Both the position numbers and the translations under genes were made by a program. Of a stretch of 40,785 nt of DNA, positions 29,101-35,100 are shown piece after piece. The DNA is taken from NCBI GenBank assembly GCA_040752695.1, contig JBFMGO010000043.1:1-40785 (forward strand), given 5' to 3'. Each line of letters opens with the position of its first letter. The first letter of the stretch is position 1. The notes below the pieces were generated by a model. The model saw only the letters and a list, made by a program, of their open reading frames with translations. It did not search any database and was not told where the DNA came from. Origin of the DNA: a bacterium (GTDB taxonomy: Bacteria; SZUA-182; DTGQ01).

Positions 29101-32100
29101 ACTTGGATAAGACTCCCAAGTACGTTTAAGTGGCGTATCACCAGTCCAGCTATAGATTGTATCAGAGGATATAGTAATATCATGCCCCTTGATATATTGA
29201 GTCGCCTGGGTACCGGTATTGGATATTTTCCATTCAACCGTAATAGTTTCACCTGACTTCACTTTTGGGGGCACATGAAAATAATCCACTTTAAGATAGG
29301 GTGGCGAGGATGGCGGGATGGTCACTTCTGCTTTATAAGAGCTTTGTCCCACATTGTTATTTTCCCCGTCAAACTCCTCTACCTTATCATCAGCATCTGT
29401 TTTAACTAAAACATAATAAGAACCCTTTGGGGCCGAACCTGGAATGGTCACTTCCTGAGTTTGTGTATAGGCTTCCCCCGGTGCAAGAAACTCCGCGTTT
29501 CGGAGAGCAGCCACCTCGATATCCCAGGTATTTATAGTTGTATCAGATGAAAGATACAGCTTATCATACCAACAGGCTGAACTGGTTGCACCGTTCCCCT
29601 TGTTTTCAACCGTCCAGGAGAAGGTCGCCTTTCCCCCGGCACTTAAGGTTCCCGGCACTGTTACACTGGTCACCTGAAGGTCAGGATAGGGCCTTGTAGT
29701 AATCCAGAGCGGTGGTGTAGCCACCAGGGTATTATTGCTTCCTGCTCCCTGCTCAGCCAATCCGCCGGAGATTCCCTGACTGTTGGCCTTGACGATGATC
29801 CATCGCTGGCCATTGATTCCATCGGGAAGGGTGATAGTTATGGTTCTGGTGTAGGTTTTCCCAGGATCGACTGACTGATTGAATTGGGCCTCACCTATCT
29901 GGGCATCATCGGTACTATATTTTGAGTCTCCAGAAATATACACTGAATCCGTCCATTGGCCAATGGCCTTACCTATCCCGTTATTGGTAACTGTCCAGGT
30001 AATGTCGATTTGTCTGGCTGCTCTTCCCTCGGCCGGGTGCACTATCCTGGTCACCACAAGGTCTGGCAATTGCTGGATAAAATCAAAGCTGTATACATCG
30101 TCATCTGCCTCCCCCTGGCTGCCATCCTGGTCCTGATCCAGAAGATTGCCCGCAATGTCCTGAATCGTCGGAGCAATGGCCACATGATAGGTTCCATCTG
30201 TTAAAGAAGGGGTGAGTTTGACCTGGAATACGGTGGTTGAATCAGCGGGATTTGGCTTTACTTCACTAATGGCAACCTTCCCCGCCGGGCCAGTCACAGT
30301 CACTGCCTCTTTGATAAAGGTAGCTGGCTTAATCGCCTCGCTGAAGGTAAGATCAAAGGTCTGTACCGGCACGTTCTGGATGCCGGAAAGAGAATGCCCT
30401 GTAATTTTCGGGCCGGCACCGTCAAGACTAAAACTGCCGACATACCGGTCATCATAGGGTTCGCCATTGATCCCATCCTGATCCTGATTGAGAGGGTTCC
30501 CGGCTAGATCGAGTACCTGCGCTCCAATAATGAACCGGTAGGTCCCCTCACTTTCCTGGGGTGAAAATGCTACGGTAAATTTTTTCTGTTCCGCACCATC
30601 AACCGGAGTTATGGATTCAGGAGTGATTCCCCCTCCCGTGGGTCCAGCGATAGATACATACTCCGCAATGAAAGAGGAAGGATTTATGGCTTCATTGAAC
30701 GTGACGTCAAAAGAGCTTATTGGCGGTTTGACCCTTCCAGATGGCGAGTGGGCGACAACCTGTGGCCCAGCCGCATCAATTATCTTGAACCAGGCATCGT
30801 AGCGGTCTTCTTCCGGCTCACCGGTTATGCAATCTCCATCCTGATCGATAAGGAGGCCATCCATGCTTTCTATCTGAGGCCCGATGTATACGTGGTAGAT
30901 TCCAATATTGCGCTGTTCGGTAAAGCCAATCCGGTAAGTGGTACTGTCTATTCTGGTTGGCCCGCTCGTTAGTTGTATGGGTCCCGCAGGGCCGGTTATC
31001 CCTATATCAGCCGATGTAAAAGTACCTGCCTTGATTTCCTGACTGAAGGTAATGGTCATGATATTTACCGGCAGTATCTGATCGCCGCTCGGCGAGTGTC
31101 CGGAAACCTTGAGGCTGGGCAGAATAGAGAATGTAGCTGTATAGAGATCTTCTCCTTGCTCTCCATTGCTGTGGTCTCTATCCTGATCCATCGGATTTGC
31201 GCTCAGGTCCGTAATCTGTGGGCCTATCACAAGCCGGTAGGCGCCGGCAAATGTCTGAGCGGGAAAATTGATTCTGAAACTGACAGGATCAAGCTGGGTT
31301 ATGGAACCAGGAATGATTATTCCACCCGGCCCGCTGATGGATACATCTTCCAGGGTAAAGGATTCCGGATCAACCGGCTCATCGAATATCATATCAAAGA
31401 AACTTATCGCCGGGCTGACATTTCCTGAAGGTGAGGAAGAAACAACGTGCGGCCCGATAATATCTTTAATTTTAAAAGAGAAATGATATCGATCGTCAAT
31501 TTCCTCTTCCAGCAGGCCATCCTGGTCCTGGTCCATATTCACACCTGCCATATTTTCAATCCCCGGACCGATTGTGATGTGATAGGTTCCAGCTATCGTC
31601 TGCTCGGCAAATCCTGTTTGCCAGATAGTGCCCTCAATCCAGGCTGGCCCATCCGTTATCGATACACTCCCTGCCGGTCCAGTGATGACGATATCATCTG
31701 CCGTGAAAGTGGCAGGGTTTATCTCCTGACTGAAGGCAAGGGTGAACCTGCTTACCGGCGGTATCTGATCTTCACGTGGCGTATGATCGGTAATCCGGGG
31801 TCCGGCCATAATGGTGAAGATGGTGACATACTGATCTTCCACCTCCTCGCCGTTGGTCCTGTCTTCGTCCTGGTCCATGGGATTATGGGCAAGATCGGTA
31901 ATCTGAGGGCCGATGTTTACCTGATAAACCCCGGCCAGTCTCCGATCGGGCACGGCAGCCCGAAAACTCGCTGCACCCAAACGGGTAATAGCGGTTGGGG
32001 TAATGGTTCCTCCTGGTCCTGTGATTAACAAATCCCCTGCCTCAAAAGAGACCGGATCGATTTCTTCATTGAATACGATGTCAAGAGAGTTTACCGGCGG

Positions 32101-35100
32101 CTTGACATTCCCCGATGGTGAAAGGGAAAGAACGCGCGGGCCGGATACATCGATGATGATAAAGGAAGCGTCATAGCGGTCATCCTGCTCTTCTCCGATT
32201 ACACCATCCCGGTCCTGGTCCATCGGCAGGCCATCGAGATTTTCAATGAATGGCCCGATCAATACACGATAAGTTCCAGGCATTCCCTGTTCAGCAAACA
32301 CTGCCTGATAGGTGGTCCCTTCCACCAATGTCGGACCATTTATAACGAGCACCTGCTCCCCCGCGGGATTTATCATGATAATGTCATCTTGCAGGAAGGT
32401 AGCCTCATTTATTCCCTGACTAAAAGTAAAGGTCATCAAATTGACGCTATGAGGCTGATCTTCCGCCGGGGTATGACTGACAATTCTCAATCCCGCCAGG
32501 ATCGTGACACCGGCTGCAAACCTGTCTTCCTCCGCTTCCCCATCGATCGAATCATTGTCTTGATTCATTAGGTTCCCAGCCAGGTCAAGAATCTGGGGGC
32601 CAATTATTACTTGGTACTGCCCTGCAAGCCTCTGCTCAGGGAAATCTATCCTGAATCTTGCCGGATCATCCGGATCATCTAATTGCGTGATCGAATCAGG
32701 AACAATGACTCCTCCGGGCCCGGTAATGGAAATATCCTCTATCGCCAATGAATCCAGGTCAATTGATTCATTGAAGCTGATCTCCATATGATCTACGGGA
32801 GGTGACAATCTCCCCGATGGAGAGCATGAAACTACCTGAGGTCCTTTAACATCAACAGTAATGGTTACTTCCTCGCTGTCACTCATCTGAGGCTCACCAT
32901 CGTCAGTAACCGTAAAAGTAATGAGATACTCACCGGCATCTTCATAACCCGGCTGCCAGGTAAAGGTACGGGTGCCTGGATCAAAGCTCGCACCCGAAGG
33001 GACGCCGGTAGCTGAATAGGTAAGGGTATCATGTACGTCCGGATCAGAAGCAGTGACCGTGAAGGTAAGGGTGTCGCCATCTTTTACGACCTTATTACCA
33101 ATAGGGTCGAGTATCGGTGCCCGATTGGCTTCATCTGTACACCAGCAGCACCCGTCACCCATGTATTCATCGCAGTCTGCAAATTCAACCGGTGGGCAGG
33201 TATCGTCAAAATCACGCCCGGCCTGATAGCAGGCCATGCCTCTTTCACGGCAATACTCCAGGCATGAAGATCCATGGATGAATTCCCAATGTGTCGGCTC
33301 ACTACTTGCAGGAGTAAATTTCTGAATGCGGTGATTCCAAGTATCAGCCACATACACATTCCCGCTGCTGTCTACTGCTATTCCTCTGGGAGATTTAAAT
33401 TGTCCATCCCCCGATCCACTACTTCCCCATTTGGTCAACAACACACCCTCAGAGCTGAATTTCTGTATCCGGTTGTAGGCATCTTCAGCTACATATACAT
33501 TTCCACTGCTATCTACTGCTATTCCGTTGGGGGAATAAATTTGTCCATCCCCTGATTCTTCACTTCTCCATTTGGCCAAAAACACACCCTCAGAGCTGAA
33601 CTTCTGTATCCGGTGACTTCCAATATCAACTACATACACATTACCGCTGCTGTCTATTGCGATTCCGTTGGGGGAATAAAATTGTCCATCCCCTGATCCA
33701 TTACTTCCCCACTTGGCCAGAAAGACACCCTCAGAGCTGAATTTCTGTATCCGGTGATTTCCAGTATCAGCCACATATACATTGCCGCTGCTGTCTACTG
33801 CTATTCCATTGGGATACGAAAATTGCCCATCCCCTGATCCATTACTTCCCCATTTGGCCAAAAATACACCCTCAGAGCTGAATTTCTGTATCCGATGATT
33901 TCCAGTATCAGCCACATATACATTGCCGTTGCTGTCTATTGCCATTCCGTTAGGAGAACAAAATTGCCCATCCCCTGATCCTTTACTTCCCCATTTGGCC
34001 AAAAATACACCCTCAGAGCTGAATTTCTGTACCCTATTGTTATCACTATCAGCCACATACACATTCCCGCTGCTGTCTACCGCTATGCCGCAGGGCCAGG
34101 AAAATTGCTCATTCCCTGATCCGCGACTACCCCATTTGGCCAAAAACACACCCTCAGAGCTGAATTTCTGTATCCGGTCGTTGCTATTATCAGCCACATA
34201 CACATTCCCGCTGCTGTCTACTGCTATGTCGGTGGGATACGAAAATTGCCCATCCCCTGATCCATTACTTCCCCATTTGGCTAAAAATACACCCTCAGAG
34301 CTGAATTTCTGTACCCTATTGTTATCACTATCAGCCACATACACATTCCCGCTGCTGTCTATCGCTATGCCGTAGGGCCAGGAAAATTGCCCATCCCCTG
34401 ATCCATTACTTCCCCATTTGGCCAAAAATACACCCTCAGAGCTGAATTTCTGTATCCTATGGTTATCACTATCAGCCACATACACATTCCCGCTGCTGTC
34501 TACCGCTATGCCGGTGGGCCAGGAAGATTGCCCATCCCCAGATCCATTACTTCCCCATTTGGCCAAAAATACACCCTCAGAGCTGAATTTCTGTATCCTA
34601 TGGTTATCACTATCAGCCACATACACATTCCCACTGTTGTCTATCGCTATCCCGTTGGGGGAAAAAAATTGCCCATCCCCTGATCCTTCACTTCCCCATT
34701 TGGCCAAAAATATACCCTCAGAGCTGAATTTCTGAATGAGGTGTTTTACTCTATCAGCCACATACACATTCCCGCTGCTGTCTACTGCTATGCCGGTGGG
34801 AATAAAAAATTGCCCATCCCCTGATCCATTACTACCCCATTTAACCAATAATACACCTTCAGGGCTGAATTTCTGTACCCTGCTGTTGGCACTATCAACC
34901 ACATACACATTCCCGCTGCTGTCTACCGCTACGCCGATGGGAGAATTAAAATGCCATGCAATAGAGGGTATCTTCCATACAAATTCCATCTGTGGCTCGG
35001 CCTTGATAACAGTAATGGTTATTTCTTCACTATCACTCATCTGAGGCTCGCCATCATCAGTAACCGTAAAAGTAAGATGATAGACGCCGGAATCACCGTT

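Noticed and set aside
33315..34950. Diversity-generating retroelement target (AAC/ACC/TAC/TGC codons at one variable site)
   Set aside because: No reverse transcriptase or non-coding template repeat is in the window, and other variable codons change non-adenine bases. A trans-acting element cannot be excluded but is unsupported.
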